From: Felis catus
Lineage: Eukaryota
Assembly: GCF_018350175.1 (NCBI RefSeq)
Contig: NC_058368.1
Span: 209,376,001-209,440,000, forward strand
Length of the DNA: 64,000 nucleotides
Direction of reading: 5' to 3'
Shown: one piece after another, positions 11,605 through 24,288 of the stretch
Position numbering within the stretch: position 1 is the first letter of the stretch
Layout: every line of letters begins with the position of its first letter
Made by a program: the position numbers and the translations under genes
The notes under the pieces: generated by a model
The model's database searches: none
What the model saw: the letters and a program-made list of their open reading frames with translations, nothing else
Told to the model about the DNA's origin: nothing

Positions 11605-12138
11605 TTTATTTATTTATTTTGAGAGAGAGAAAAAGAGAGAGAGGGGGAGAGACAGAGAGACAGGATCCCAAGCAGGTTCCACACCATCAGTACAGAGCCC
11701 CATATGGGACCTGAGTCCACAAACTGAGATCATGACCTGAGCTGAAGTCAGACACTTAACCGACTGAGCCACCCAGGTGCCTGTCTCATAATTTTTCTGT
11801 TTAGAGATAGCCAGTGTTAATATTCCCCCAGGGTTTATTTTTTGAATGCCCTTACTCATATATATCTGTAATTACATATATACATATGTATACATTTTAT
11901 TTATATATATTTTTATATTAGATATTCTACAATGTCATTTTAAGTTTATTTATTTTGAGAGAGAGTAAGCGCACGCAAGCAGGGGAAGAGCAGAAAGAGA
12001 GGAGAGAGAGAATCCAAATAGGCTCCGTGCTGTCAACAAAGAAACCGACATGGGGCTTGATCTCACGAACTGTGAGATCACGACCTGAGCCAAAATCAAG
12101 AGTTAGATGCTTAACCTACCGAACCACCCAGGCTCCCC
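11605..12138 (-). mobile_element. two carnivore SINEs (about 11605-11782 and 11940-12138)
   Basis: reverse-strand gagccacccagg heads, (GA)n bodies, T-rich tails. Confidence 0.85.
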
Positions 12139-12179
12139 TCTACAATGCCATTTTTAATGGCATAGTATTCCCATGGATG

Positions 12180-12941
12180 TGTGTTGTGTGTATTTCAAAG
12201 AACAATAATTCTCTACTTCTCTGACACCAGCTGGTGTCCTATAATTCACATCAAGTCTGACAATAACCCAGAGTTAACACAGATGTCACAGATTAGTGGC
12301 TCAGTCCCAAAAGACTGACCAATTCAAGCTATCAGCTACAAACAGGTCCCTATACACCTGCATTTTTGTCCAGGCAACTACAAATTCAGGTATTGCCATG
12401 ACTCACCCTCCAAGTTTACTAATTTGCTACAGTGATTCAGGAACTTAGAGAAATGCTTTACTTAAGGATTACAGTTTTATTATAAAGGATACAATTCAGG
12501 AATAGCCAAATGGAAGAGATGCATAAAGGAAGGTATGGGGACTGAAGGCACAGAGCTTCCATATCCTCCCTGGATATACCACTCTTCCAGCACATCCCCT
12601 TGCTCATCAATCCAAAGCCCCCTTAGCCTCATTGTTTCAGGATTTTTATTGAAGTTTCATTGTAAAGGCATGATTGATTACATCATTAACCATTGGTGAT
12701 TGAACTACATCTCCAGCTGCTCTCCCCTCCGCAGAGGTAGGGGTGCGGTGGGGTTGATTATAGTTCTAACCCTCTAACCATGTGCTTCGGCCCTTTAGTG
12801 ACCAGCACCTATCCTGAAGCTATCTAGGGGCCTAACAAGAGTCACTTCATTAGCATAAACTCAGATATAATGACAGACACTCCTATTACTCAAGAAATTC
12901 CAAAGACTTAAGGAACTTCATGCTTAGAACCAAGGATGAAG

Positions 12942-12990
<49 letters not shown>

Positions 12991-13140
12991 TAAGTGGGCT
13001 CCGCACCTAGCACGGAGCCCAATGTGGGGCTTGAACTCATGACCCTGAGATCAAGACCTGAGCTGATATCAAGAGTCAGGACGCTTAACCAACTGAGCCA
13101 CCCAGGTGCCCCTATATGTATGTTTATTATACTACCATGT
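12180..13140. mobile_element. MER21/MER77-like LTR, interrupted by (GT)n and a short SINE (about 12993-13112)
   Basis: tgacaccagctggtgtcctataattca...ggctcagtccc...tttattataaaggatacaattcaggaatagccaaatggaagagatgcata motifs. Confidence 0.6.
12944..12988. repeat. (TG)n microsatellite
   Basis: direct read. Confidence 0.95.
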
Positions 13141-13164
13141 GCCATAATTGATAATCTCTTATTC

Positions 13165-13899
13165 TTTTTTTTCTTAATTTTTTTTTAATGTTTATTTTTG
13201 AGAGACAGAGAGAGAGTGTGAGCAGGGGAGGGGCAGAGAAAGAGGGAGAGACACAGAATCTGAAGCACACTCCAGGCTCCAAGCTATCAGCACAGAACCT
13301 GACCTGGGGCTCGAACTTACAGGCTATGAGATATGACCTGAGCTGAAGTCGGTGGCTTAACTGACTGAGCCACCCAGACACACTGATAATCTCTTATTCT
13401 ACTTTGTCTTCCTGGATGATCTCCCAGGAAAATCCACATCTAAACCCAAACTCCCATAATAGAGTTTGGATTTTGATTCTGCTTGCTGCTGAACTTCTCC
13501 ACTTAGGTGGAAATTAACTCAAGTGCAGCATCTACAGTTTCAACTTGTTATCCCTCACCACCAACTGGTTTGTTCTCCTAATTCTCCATCTTCATTTGTG
13601 TCACTACCAACTCAACCCCAAAACATTGGCTATCTGAATTCCGTCTTCCCTTGCCTTCTCATCCAGTCAATGAGCAGGTCTTCCCTATTTTATTTCCTTC
13701 TTTTTAAGTTTATTTTTATTTATTTTGAGAGAGAGACAGAGAGAGAGCAAGCAGGGGAGGGGCAGAAAGAGAGGGAGACAGAATCCCAAGCTGACCGCAC
13801 AGAGCCCGATTTGGGGCTCGAATATACAAACTGTGAGATCATGACCTGAGCTGCAGTCAAGAGTTGGATGCTTAACTGACTGAGCCACCCAGGTGCCCC
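13165..13899 (-). mobile_element. two SINEs (13165-13382 with TSD tgataatctcttattct; 13700-13899) within an L2-like relic
   Basis: SINE motifs; TSD visible on both sides of the first copy. Confidence 0.8.
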
Positions 13900-14241
13900 T
13901 TTACCTCCTTTGTAATTTGTAAATGTGTCCTCTGGCCCCCACTCCTCACCATTGCTAGAGGTTCTTATTTGAACTATTGCAGTGCCTTCATCTATCTGAT
14001 TGTCTTCACTTTTATCCACTCCAATCTACGGTCCACACACTGGCTGGGGTGGTTTTTCTAGAAAATCAATCTGACCATATCATTTTCTTGCATAACATTT
14101 TCTACTAGATCCTCATCAGCCAGAAGAACATCCAGGTTTCTAGACTAGACATACAGAATCCTCCACAGTTTTGGTTTTGAATTCACTGAGCTGCCTTTGA
14201 GAGTTAACGTAGGCACCACCTCATTCAAAACGTCCATATTA

Positions 14242-14448
14242 GGGGCGCCTCAGTGGCTCAGTCAGTTAAGCTTCAGACTTTGGCTCAGGTCATGATCTCT
14301 CAGTTCATGAGTTTGAGCCCCACGTTGGGCTCTGTGGTGACAGCTCAGAGCCTGGAGCCTGCTTCGAATTCTGTGTGTCTCTCTCTGCCCCTCCTTCCCC
14401 ACTCATGCTCTGTCTCTCAAAAATAAATAAACATTAAAAATTTTTTTT
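14242..14448 (+). mobile_element. felid SINE upstream of exon 14568
   Basis: ggggcgcctcagtggctcagtc head with A/B boxes, (CT)n, AATAAA tail. Confidence 0.9.
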
Positions 14449-14567
14449 GAAAAGTCAATTTTGATAACATCTGGGCACCTCATACCTCACCTCCTTTGAG
14501 TTAGGTTCTCTGCTTTTGGATATGTTGGCTTCTCAATGATTGCTTTCAATGTTTTGTTATGTTTAAG

Positions 14568-14672
14568 AAATGCTACAAAATGATATTAAAACTTCAGCTG
14601 GATTGCATTTCATGGCCTGTGTAAGAAAGAAAGCTGTAGAATGTCAGGATGCAAGTACAAATACAGACCCAG
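14568..14672 (+). CDS. CPLANE1: CPLANE1 exon (EMLQNDIKTSAGLHFMACVRKKAVECQDASTNTDP)
   Basis: tttaAG acceptor, CAG|GTAAAA donor, 105 nt, phase 1/1. Confidence 0.93.
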
Positions 14673-14849
14673 GTAAAATGCTATTTTACTTTAATTTTTA
14701 AAATTCATATATTTTTTGCAACATTGCATATGTCTAGATTTTTTTCTTCAAAACAATGATTTAAAGTGAATTTTAAGTGATGTGATAGTAGTTACTCATC
14801 CCAGGTTCTTGTCTTCAACCCTGGTGTATACTTTACAAATTTTAAACTT

Positions 14850-14873
14850 AAAAAAAATATTTTAATGTTTATT

Positions 14874-14915
<42 letters not shown>

Positions 14916-15081
14916 CATGAGCAGGGGAGGGGCAGAGCAAGAGACGGGCACAGAATCTGAAGCAGGCTCCAGGCTTTGAGCTGTCAGCACAGAGCCCGAC
15001 GCAGGGCTCAACTCATGAAACTGTGAGATCATGACCTGAGCTGAAGTCAGATGCTTAACCGACTGAGCTGCCCAGGCGCCC
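14850..15081 (-). mobile_element. felid SINE with expanded (GA)n, downstream of exon 14672
   Basis: TSD acaaattttaaactt on both sides. Confidence 0.9.
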
Positions 15082-16411
15082 TGACAAATTTTAAACTTTC
15101 AAATTTCACTTGAATTTATGGTAACTTAAGTAATACACAATAGAAATTTTTGTTCAAAATACCGTGGACTACATCCTAAATCAGTAGAGACAATGTTTTG
15201 AATTTGGGTTCTCTACGCCATTAATTGCCTTCACTGGGATTTCGTGCCTAAGACTGAGAGACCTGGGGCTGTGGCTGGTGAAGCTGAGTCAGGAAGAGAA
15301 CTAGGTTGGATTTGCTGTGGGAAGGGCATACGTAACTATGTCCAAGAACAGAGGAAAGAAAAGTTGAAGGACCTATTATTTGGAATTTTGCCTGACAAAC
15401 TTCCTCATTAGTGTAAGTGCTCTGACCTTTGTGCTGTCGCAATTCTTTTCTATGATATGTAGGAAACAGTTGCTCTTAACTGTGTTCAGAACCTTGCAAG
15501 TGCTTTTTTAAACCTCTAATTTAAGTTATTATAAAATAATATTTATTGATATGGTTTCAAAATAATATATGATCATTATAGAATATTTGGATAATGTAGC
15601 AAGTTATGTAGAGGATGAAATTAACTGTAATCATGCCACTTAGAAGTAACATTTTGATGATTTTTCTTTCAGTCTTCTGTTGCACATTTTACATAGTTTG
15701 GTACAGTAGATAGTACAGGTGTCCTCCCTCTGTGTCTGAATTCTCATCTTCCAAATATTATTACTATCTTCCCTGAGAACTTAACCCTTTGTGGGTCCCA
15801 GTGTTTGTCTTTTACCCAGATACCTTTGGACACTCTCTTCTCAGTCTCTTTAATATATTACTCAGTATTTATCTACATTATAGTTCAAACATACATAGTG
15901 TATATATATATGTATATAGTATATGCACTGTAGCATATACTTATAGTATTTATTTGTGTTATACTATATATTTACTTACATTATAGCATATACTATGTGT
16001 TTGCAGTATAGCATCTGTATTCTATCAGATATGGTCAGTATTATTGCATATTGCACACAAACTAATGGATTAAATGAACATTAGTTAAGTGATGTTCAAA
16101 ATGCCTTATATTTAGTAATCTTTGATAGATAGTTATTGAAATGTTTAAGAAGTGTTTACTAATGTTTGGCAGTATTGGATAGGCTGGAACACCTTTTTCT
16201 CCCCCATTTAAAAAGTTTCCTGGTATTTGACTATGCGGCACATTTTTTTAGAATGGATTAGATTTGGATAACAGAAGTTACCTATATTTTGGATCCTTTG
16301 CTTTTCACTTTGATGTCTGCTTATGCCAAACATTTACGTCATGAAAAAGTACTTTGTAAACATATTCCTTCTTCCAGCTGTGTCATAAAATATTTAACTA
16401 ATTCTTTAAAA

Positions 16412-16630
16412 CTTTTTTTAATGTTTATTTATTTTTGAGAGAGAGAGAGACAGAGACAGAGATTGTGAGTGGGGGAGGGGCAGAGAGAGAGGGAGACACA
16501 GAATCCGAAGCAGGTTCTAGGCTCTGAGCTGTCAGCATAGAGCCTGACACAGAGCTCCAACTCACAGACCGCGAGATCATGACCTGAGCCAAAGTTGGAT
16601 GCTTAACCAACTGAGCCACCCAGATGCCCC
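16412..16630 (-). mobile_element. felid SINE
   Basis: TSD taactaattcttta. Confidence 0.9.
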
Positions 16631-17192
16631 TAACTAATTCTTTATTGTTGAATGTATTAGGTGGTTTCTTGTATTTTTCTCCTATAAATAATGCCTCAGT
16701 GAGTATCTTCTCATATATGAGAGGTTTTTCTTTTCTTTTTTTTTTTTTTTTTTTGTCATCATGTTGATTTAGCTCTTTTATCTTTACTCATCTGACAGGT
16801 CATGAAAATGCATCTTACTATTTAGTTTTTCTTTCTATCTGAATGAGGTTGAGCATGTAGAAGATGTTTTTTGATGCAAATGGTGAATACACACTTGGGA
16901 AACATTCTTAAAAGTTAAAGCCTTTGCGAAAGCCTTGAAGGTAGTTTGTTGCTATGTAGTCTTCTAAAGCTGGCAACCTGTTTGCTAGAAGTCTCTTATC
17001 ATGCAGGTATCAGGCCCAGGGTAAATAATAATAAAATCTGAAATTATCATTAATTTTTAAAAACTAAATTCGTAAGCTGTCTACTACCTTTAATACATGA
17101 TATCTAAAAATCTGCGTTCATGTATTTAATTTTTGTTTGTTAATTTTTTTGTTTTTTTTCTTTTCACTTCAAATCGCCTCATTGACTACAAG

Positions 17193-17264
17193 ATAAAAAA
17201 GCTGCTTCTCAAGAAGTTGTTTCTGAATGTTGTAAAAATGAACAAATCATTTCTTCCATATCAG
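17193..17264 (+). CDS. CPLANE1: candidate CPLANE1 cassette exon (DKKAASQEVVSECCKNEQIISSIS)
   Basis: first AG after a long T-rich tract (17129-17170); CAG|GTGTGA donor; 72 nt, phase 1/1, open in the CPLANE1 frame; not in the human protein as I recall it. Confidence 0.45.
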
Positions 17265-18486
17265 GTGTGATTTTTTCTTTTTTTTTCTGCTAATAGCATT
17301 GCTACTTAAAGATTATGTTTTTGTGATGCCAAAACAAGAGTTACCACCATCCATAAAAACAGGAATAAAATCAGTCAATTGAATCCATAGAGATAGAATG
17401 ATAATTTAAGTATTTTCACTTTCCTTTTTTCTAGGTTTTTGGTTGTCATATGGTTTAAATTGAAGCCTTGGTACCAAGTTTCTAGTATTCAATAAAATGA
17501 GAAGTTATATTTTACATAGGAATTTTGAAAATAAGATGCTAGGGGGCACCTGGGTGGCTCAGTTGGTTTAGTGTCTGACTCTTGGTTTCGGCTCAGGTCA
17601 TGATTTCATGATCCTGAGAATGAGTCCCAGGTCGGGCTCTGTGCTAGGTGGGGAGTCTGCTTAAGATTTTCTCACTCCCTCTCCCTTTGCCCCACCCCTA
17701 CTTGTGCTGCAGAGTCCCTAGGAAGTAAAATTAGAGTCCTACGACAGAAGGCACAGAGTTAGACCATTTGCTAACCTACTGTGACAGGCTTCTTTATTGA
17801 ACTTTTGAAAAGAAGCTAGTGACTTTTGTAAAATTTCAATGTTAAACATTTTAAGGGGTAAAATTTAGCCAGGGCCTCTGTGAATATACTAGAAACTACT
17901 GAATTGTGAATTGTGCCCTTTTAAAGGATGTGAATTATATCCCAATAAAGCTGTTAAAACAAACAAATAATAAGAAACAGTGTTGAGAATAAAAAAACAA
18001 ATTAGTTATGGGTTAATTTCCTAAACTGATTTTCTTGAAGTCTCCAAAAAAACCCATGACTTAATATATCTGAAATGGAAATAGGAAATTACAGCATTTT
18101 CTTGACATTACTTAGACACTTTATTATTCTTGTGAATCATTCATATGAAAAAAGCACTAATCAGTCTGCATTTAATTATTAATTACTCCAGAGTAAATTG
18201 CCCTTAGGATAGAATAAATTTATTTATACCTGTGAAGCTTCTACTTTGATTTTTTTTTTTTTAAGATTTTATTTTTAAGTAATCTCTTATCCAACCTGGG
18301 GCCAAACTCACAACCCTGAGATCAGGAGCCACATACTCCACTGACTGAGCCAGCAAGGTGCCCCCTACTTAGATTTTCAACAAAAAAATTTTACATTGTT
18401 TGTTGCTTACTTGTTACAGTGCTAATGACTTGGAGTTATTTGTAGATTTTTTAAATATTCCTGATGATTCTTTTCTTAATTTTCAG

Positions 18487-18608
18487 AACATGAGCCTTTG
18501 AATGTTCCTGAAGTGTTGGCACCAGATGTATATTTAAATCTCAAACTTTCCACTGAAATATCAGAGAAACCTTTGTCACCTTCACCATCTGATCTGGTAC
18601 TAAATTTG
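18487..18608 (+). CDS. CPLANE1: CPLANE1 exon (EHEPLNVPEVLAPDVYLNLKLS...SDLVLNL)
   Basis: tttcAG acceptor; TTG|GTATTG donor (an in-frame alternative CTG|GTACTA lies at 18597); PDVYLNLKLS recognisable. Confidence 0.9.
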
Positions 18609-18848
18609 GTATTGTGCTTTGTTCAGAGGTTATAATAATACCTTTGTGCTAAAATTTATTATGGTCATCTGCATTATTCATTTGTATAGATGAAATGAGG
18701 CTAAAATCTCATCTGCTACTTTGTTGAAAAGATCAAAAAATTAAGATTTAGATATTATGCCCCAAAGTATTGTAAGCTAAGGCCATAACACATACTTCCT
18801 ACAGCTTTCCCTAAGTTAAATTCATATAAGCTCCTCTTGTTTAGGATT

Positions 18849-18884
<36 letters not shown>

Positions 18885-18959
18885 GGGGAGGAGGGTTCAG
18901 AGTGGCTCTATAGAGTAAAAAGAATGTAACTCTCTTTGATTTTATGTGTTTTGGTTCAG

Positions 18960-19155
18960 GTTGGACACACTTACATAAATGTAGTTGACATTAAAGCTGA
19001 TGATCTACAGGAATTGCCTGTCAGAGAAGAGCCTTCAGATGATCATATTATCAGACAGCAAAGTGATCATCTGGAAGTCCCATCTTCTGCAGAGTTACAT
19101 TATATGGCAGCTTCAGTTACAAATGCTGTCCCCCTGCACAGTGTTAAGAGTGAAG
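18960..19155 (+). CDS. CPLANE1: CPLANE1 exon (VGHTYINVVDIKADDLQELPVREEPS...PSSAELHYMAASVTNAVP...KSE)
   Basis: ttcAG acceptor, AAG|GTAATT donor, phase 0/1; in-frame internal acceptor ctacAG at 19009-19010. Confidence 0.94.
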
Positions 19156-19371
19156 GTAATTTTTTCTTGCCTTTTAAGTAGGTTAAAAACATTTTGGAAA
19201 ATTCTTCAGTATAGCCTCATTCCCCCTTCTTAGGTCTCTTAGCACTCCTCTTGCAAACCTACTATACTTTTGGATGTTTATATTCACATCTAGAAATGTT
19301 CTACTCGTCTCTTAAATACCTTATTTAGAAGGTTAGAATCAATCTTTGTATGCTTTTCATATTCTTGATAG

Positions 19372-19521
19372 AGTCTGCCACTTCCACCACAGATTTATTT
19401 TGTAAACCTGCAAAAGTGTCTCCATCCTGTCTAGATGGAAGAAGCTGGAGGGCAGCAATTTCAGAAGAGAAGGAGCCTGCTATCGCCTCACCTATACCAT
19501 CAGAAATACAGCAGGACACAG
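19372..19521 (+). CDS. CPLANE1: CPLANE1 symmetric exon (ESATSTTDLFCKPAKVSPSCLDG...SEIQQDT)
   Basis: gatAG acceptor, CAG|GTGAAT donor, 150 nt, phase 1/1; resembles recalled human long-isoform segment VTPACLDGKSLRAG. Confidence 0.85.
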
Positions 19522-21309
19522 GTGAATGCTCTAGCTGTGGAACATGATTCTCCCCCTTCTCTAAATTACTGTTGTATAGAGATAAGCTCTAAAACTTGGT
19601 AATTGCAAAAGAAGCCAGGAAAAGGCTTTTCCCTTGCTAAGGAGAGTGGGGGCAGATAGGTAACTGAGGTAGAGTCATGGTTCCAAGGCTGCGACTCATG
19701 GGTGTTTTGCAAGGAGACTACAGCTCTGTTTCCACATATGTCTTTTCTTAAGTAAGGAGGCTAAAAATAAATATCCTGTGGGATGTCATGAGTGCTTTGG
19801 TGTTAAAAAGGGATTCTCACGTTTAAAAAGGTAGGAGAGGCGGCTCACTTAAGCCTCTGACACTTGATTTTGGCTCAGGTCATGATCTCATGGTTCGTGA
19901 GATCGAGCCCCGAATTGGGGCTGACAGTGCAGAGCCTGCTTGGGATTCTCTCTCTCTCCCTCTCTCTCTACCCCTTCCCTGAACACGTGCACGTGCTCTT
20001 CTTTCTTTTTCCCCCCCACCCGTTCGTCAAAAATAAACTTTAAAAAGGTGGGAGATTCTAGAATAGCACATAGAAAATACACAAGTATATAGCCAACCAT
20101 AAAATATTACTAATAAAATATTCAGTTTATAGTTATAAACCAGGTTGTATTATTGCTAAATATTTGTAAGATTTAGAAGAATATTTCTCCAAAACCTAAG
20201 GTTATTATATCCAGTAGATGATTAGAATAATCTTAATATGCAATCAGACTTCCTGCAATAGAAGCTCAGTCTCTCTTCTGGGTTCCACAGCTGTTGGGAG
20301 GAGTGGACCCAGCCTTATGGTTGTCAGATGCTTGGGGGGCAGAGTCCAGCCCTGCCTGCTAATTGTGTATCAACAATGTGCACCCAGGAGATTTGAGGAA
20401 GGATGGGTGGCAGGGAAACCTCACCTTAGGATGTGTTGGGGCATGTGTGTTACAGCTGTGTGTACCAGTAAGTGCTAGCATTTCAGATTTTGAAGGCTTT
20501 GCCCTTTCTCTCTCCTGTCTTGGGGCTGTTTGGTGCATGGGTACTGGAGGGAGAATGTATGAAGCTAACCATCTTTCAGGCTGGGGAAGTGTGTGGGGAA
20601 GTGAAAAGAGCTTGACTTTTATTTTTTAATTTAAAAAAAAGTATTTATTTTTGAGAGAGAGAGCGAGAAACAGCACAAATGGGGAAGGGGCAGAGAGAGA
20701 GAAAGAGGGAAACACAGAATCTGAAACAGGCTCAGAGCTCGAATCCATGAAGTGTGACCTCATGACCTGAGCTAAAGTCAGACGCTTAACCAACTGAGCC
20801 ACCCAGGCACCCCAGAGGTTAACTTTTAGATTCAAATAGAACAGACCTGGTTTTTAGTCCCAGTTCTGTCACTTCATAGTTTGGATACTTTTTGCAAGTA
20901 AATTAACTTTATCTGATCCTTACTTGTATCTCTGTGAGATACAACCTCATAGGGTTGTCATGTGGGTTACATCCAGCCAAATACCTGTGGGCTACTTAAT
21001 TAGTTTCCCTTCATTTTCACACCCATCAACTGGAACCACACCCATCTCCCTGTGATCCCTGACTGTGCTCAGCCAGCATTTCAAATTACTTACAAGCTAC
21101 AGGTTAATTTCCTTTGTCAGTGAGATCAAGTCTATTCTACCTTGTGGAAGATCATTCTCTGGATCTGGTTATAAAAATATGTCAGCGGACCCTTCTCCCT
21201 TTATTAAATCAAGCAACTTTAAAATGCCAATGAAAAGGAAGAGCTTTATATTTTGAAAATAAATTCCATCATGGTATTTATATAACATACCTTAAAGATT
21301 CAGAATATA

Positions 21310-21541
21310 GGGGCGCCTGGGTGGCTAAGTCGGTTAAGCATCTGACTTCGGCTCAGGTCATGATCTCACCGTTCGTGAGTTCGAGCCCACGTCGGGCTCT
21401 GTGCTGACAGCTCAGAGCCTGGAACCAGCTTCAGATTCTGTGTCTTCCTCTCTCCGCGCCCCACCCCCCCATCCCCTGGTCACACTCTGTCTGTCTTTCT
21501 CTCTCACAAGTAAATAAACATTTAAAAAAAATTTTTTTTTA
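21310..21541 (+). mobile_element. felid SINE
   Basis: TSD aaagattcagaatata. Confidence 0.9.
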
Positions 21542-22399
21542 AAGATTCAGAATATAGTTATACAATAGAGTTGAGTGGGATTTGTATTATAGCAAAAGGC
21601 TGGCAGAAGGAAGGACAGGGTCCCTAAGTATTTAAAACAAAAGCAAAACAAATAATAATTTCTGCTTTTAGTGATACTTGCTCACCATTTTGAATGACAG
21701 CAGCTTCCTATTTTAGAAACCATCTCCAAAAGGAATGCTTTCAGCTATTAATAGCAAGCAGAGCTTTGCTGGATGGACAGAGGGAGAACATTTCAGTGTC
21801 ACTGGAACTCAGTATTTAACCCTCCTAGATTTTTGCTATTAGTCAGTGGGAGTGGAGCAGATTCTCCAGAGAAAGGGAAGCTATGTTTCATTATGTATGT
21901 AGGCCATTCTGGATTTTGAGCATGTCTGGTTCTTTTGCTACATTTTCTACGTGAAGTTTGTGTATGAAATTCTTTCCTGAGAGTGACTAAGGGAGACACT
22001 TCAGGCTGCTGAGAAACAGGAAGGATAGATGGTAAAGTACTGTGAGTCAAGCTAAAAAAAGTAAGGCCAGGGGTGCCTGACTGGATCAGTCAGAAGAGCA
22101 TGCAACTCTTGAATCTCAGGTTCATGAGTTGGAGCCTCACGTTAGGTGTAGAGATTCCTTATAAAAAAAAAAAAAAAAGTAAGGCCAAAACAGGTAGGGG
22201 AAGATAATACAACCACCATTGCCAGCATTGGAATTTACCATTATCTTCTCATTGGAAGCTTCACGCTAGACTGGGGCTGGGCGATAATAAGCACCATATA
22301 TTTATATATTTAGTGATGCCATGTATTTAGTGATTCACATTTTTCAGAGTGTTTTGTTGCATAATTTGATCCTCACAAACCTCTTTGAGTTAGGTAGGA

Positions 22400-23950
22400 C
22401 AGGCATCATAATCCTCATTTGAGTGACTATTCAATAAACACTAAGACAGGGGCCAGATATCAGGGCTGAAGAAGAGAGTACTACCAGGTTCTCTGCCTGT
22501 GGGCTCACCTATAGGAGGAAAGGAAGGCAGAGAAGGAGATGATTATGACACAGCATGGTAAGTGCTGTCAAGGTGGTATGGATGAGATTCTTGGGGAATA
22601 CAGCGTGTAATCCATCTCCAGGGAGGACTGGACTATTGAGAGGAGAGATGCCTAAATGGAATCTTAAAGGAAAGTAGGACTTGGTGAGACAAAAGGCATA
22701 CAGACTGAGAGAATAGGTTGTGCAATGACTTGGAAGTTTGATGAAGCCTGCAGAGATTGAGAAAATTGAAGTTCATTTGGTTTAGAGGCAGTAGAGCAGT
22801 TTGCTTGTTTAAGAAACAGCAAGAGATGAGCTGGAGAGGGGGGCAGAGGAAAGACTGAATGTCATTGTCCTCACAGGCATTTGGACTTTTAAGATGAAGG
22901 CATTAGAGAAACACTGAAGACTTTGAGGTGAGAAAGGAACAATATCAGATTTGTCTTTTAAAAGATCTTGAGGGGGCGGGGGGTACCTGGGTGGCTCAGT
23001 CAGTTGAGCATTTGACTCCTGATGTTGGTTTGGGTCATAATCTCATGGTTCGTGAGATCAAGCCCCGGGTCAGATTCTGCTCTGACAGACTGGATCCTGC
23101 TTAGGATTCTCTCTCTTACTCTCTCTGTGCTTCCCTGCTTGTGCACACATTGTACTCTCTCTTTCTCTGAAAATGAATAAATAAACTAAAAAAAAAAAAA
23201 AGAGAGAGATTCTCTCTCTCTCTCTCCCCCTGCCCCTCTCCCCCACTTGCATTCTCTCTCTCTCAAATAAAAAATTAAAAAAAAAAATCTGTGTGGAAGA
23301 TGGACTACATGAGGGCAAAATAGAGATACTAATTGGCGTCTATCTATTGTGAAGGCTTCACCTAAGCAGTGGTAGTAGGAATGGAGATTTTGGTTGGTAA
23401 TCCTCAATATTCGGTGTTACTTTGGATCTGAAGGAAAGAGAAGAAGCTTGAATGACTCTCAGGCCTGTGGCTTAGGCACCTGGGTGAATGATAGTGCTGT
23501 TCACCAACCTGGGGAATCAGGAAGAGGGAGCAGGTTGGAGGGGCAGAGTTTTGATTGCTGTGCTTTGGGACAACCTAAATGAGATATCCAGGACACAGGG
23601 CTGGAGCTCACAAAGGTGCCATGTGAATTTGAGAGTCACCTGTGCATCAGTGACATCACCCAGGGAGAGTGGGCAGGGTGAGAAGAAAAGTGAGCAGAGA
23701 TTGGCACCCTGGAAATACTGATGGGTCAGAGGGGCAGGTGCAGAAGAGAAGAACAAGAAGACAACTAAGATGGAAGACCAGTAAGGGGAGGAAGAGACCC
23801 AGAAGCCAGAAAAAGGATGCATTTAAAAAAGTGTTTCAAATTTGGGACAAGAATCAATTGACTTGAAGAGTAAGGGAGAGTCATTGGCTTTAATATTGGT
23901 CTTGGGAGGTTTGGTGTTAGCCTGAGATCCCATGTAGAGTTGGTAATGGC
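22400..23950. mobile_element. old L2/MIR-like relic with a SINE cluster (22981-23287)
   Basis: purine-rich degenerate L2-like sequence; SINE head at 22981. Confidence 0.5.
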
Positions 23951-24288
23951 CTACAGCAGGCCTGGCTTTTACTGTGTGACATTGTTGGTTTTCAAGTAGA
24001 GTTTTTAAAAAGTCAAGAATATTAAATAAAGTTGCTTTTTGATGAAACAGAGGGTAAAAGTAACATTCAAACTGCCTTGTATATGGAGTCCTATGGTAAT
24101 AGTAATACTGTTACATATTCTTATTTCACAACAGACAACTCTCAGAAGTCAGGAAGCTGAAGTGTTAGAAAATTTCTGAAGGAATGTTTTGTTGACTTAA
24201 ACTGAGGTCTTCAAAAAAAATTAGATCATCAGCATCTACTTCTCCCTTAATTGTAATCAATTCTGATATTACCTTTATTAATATTTAG

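Noticed and set aside
11325..11622. KKER-repeat and FLSF-repeat ORFs
   Set aside because: Translations of the (TTTC)n microsatellite
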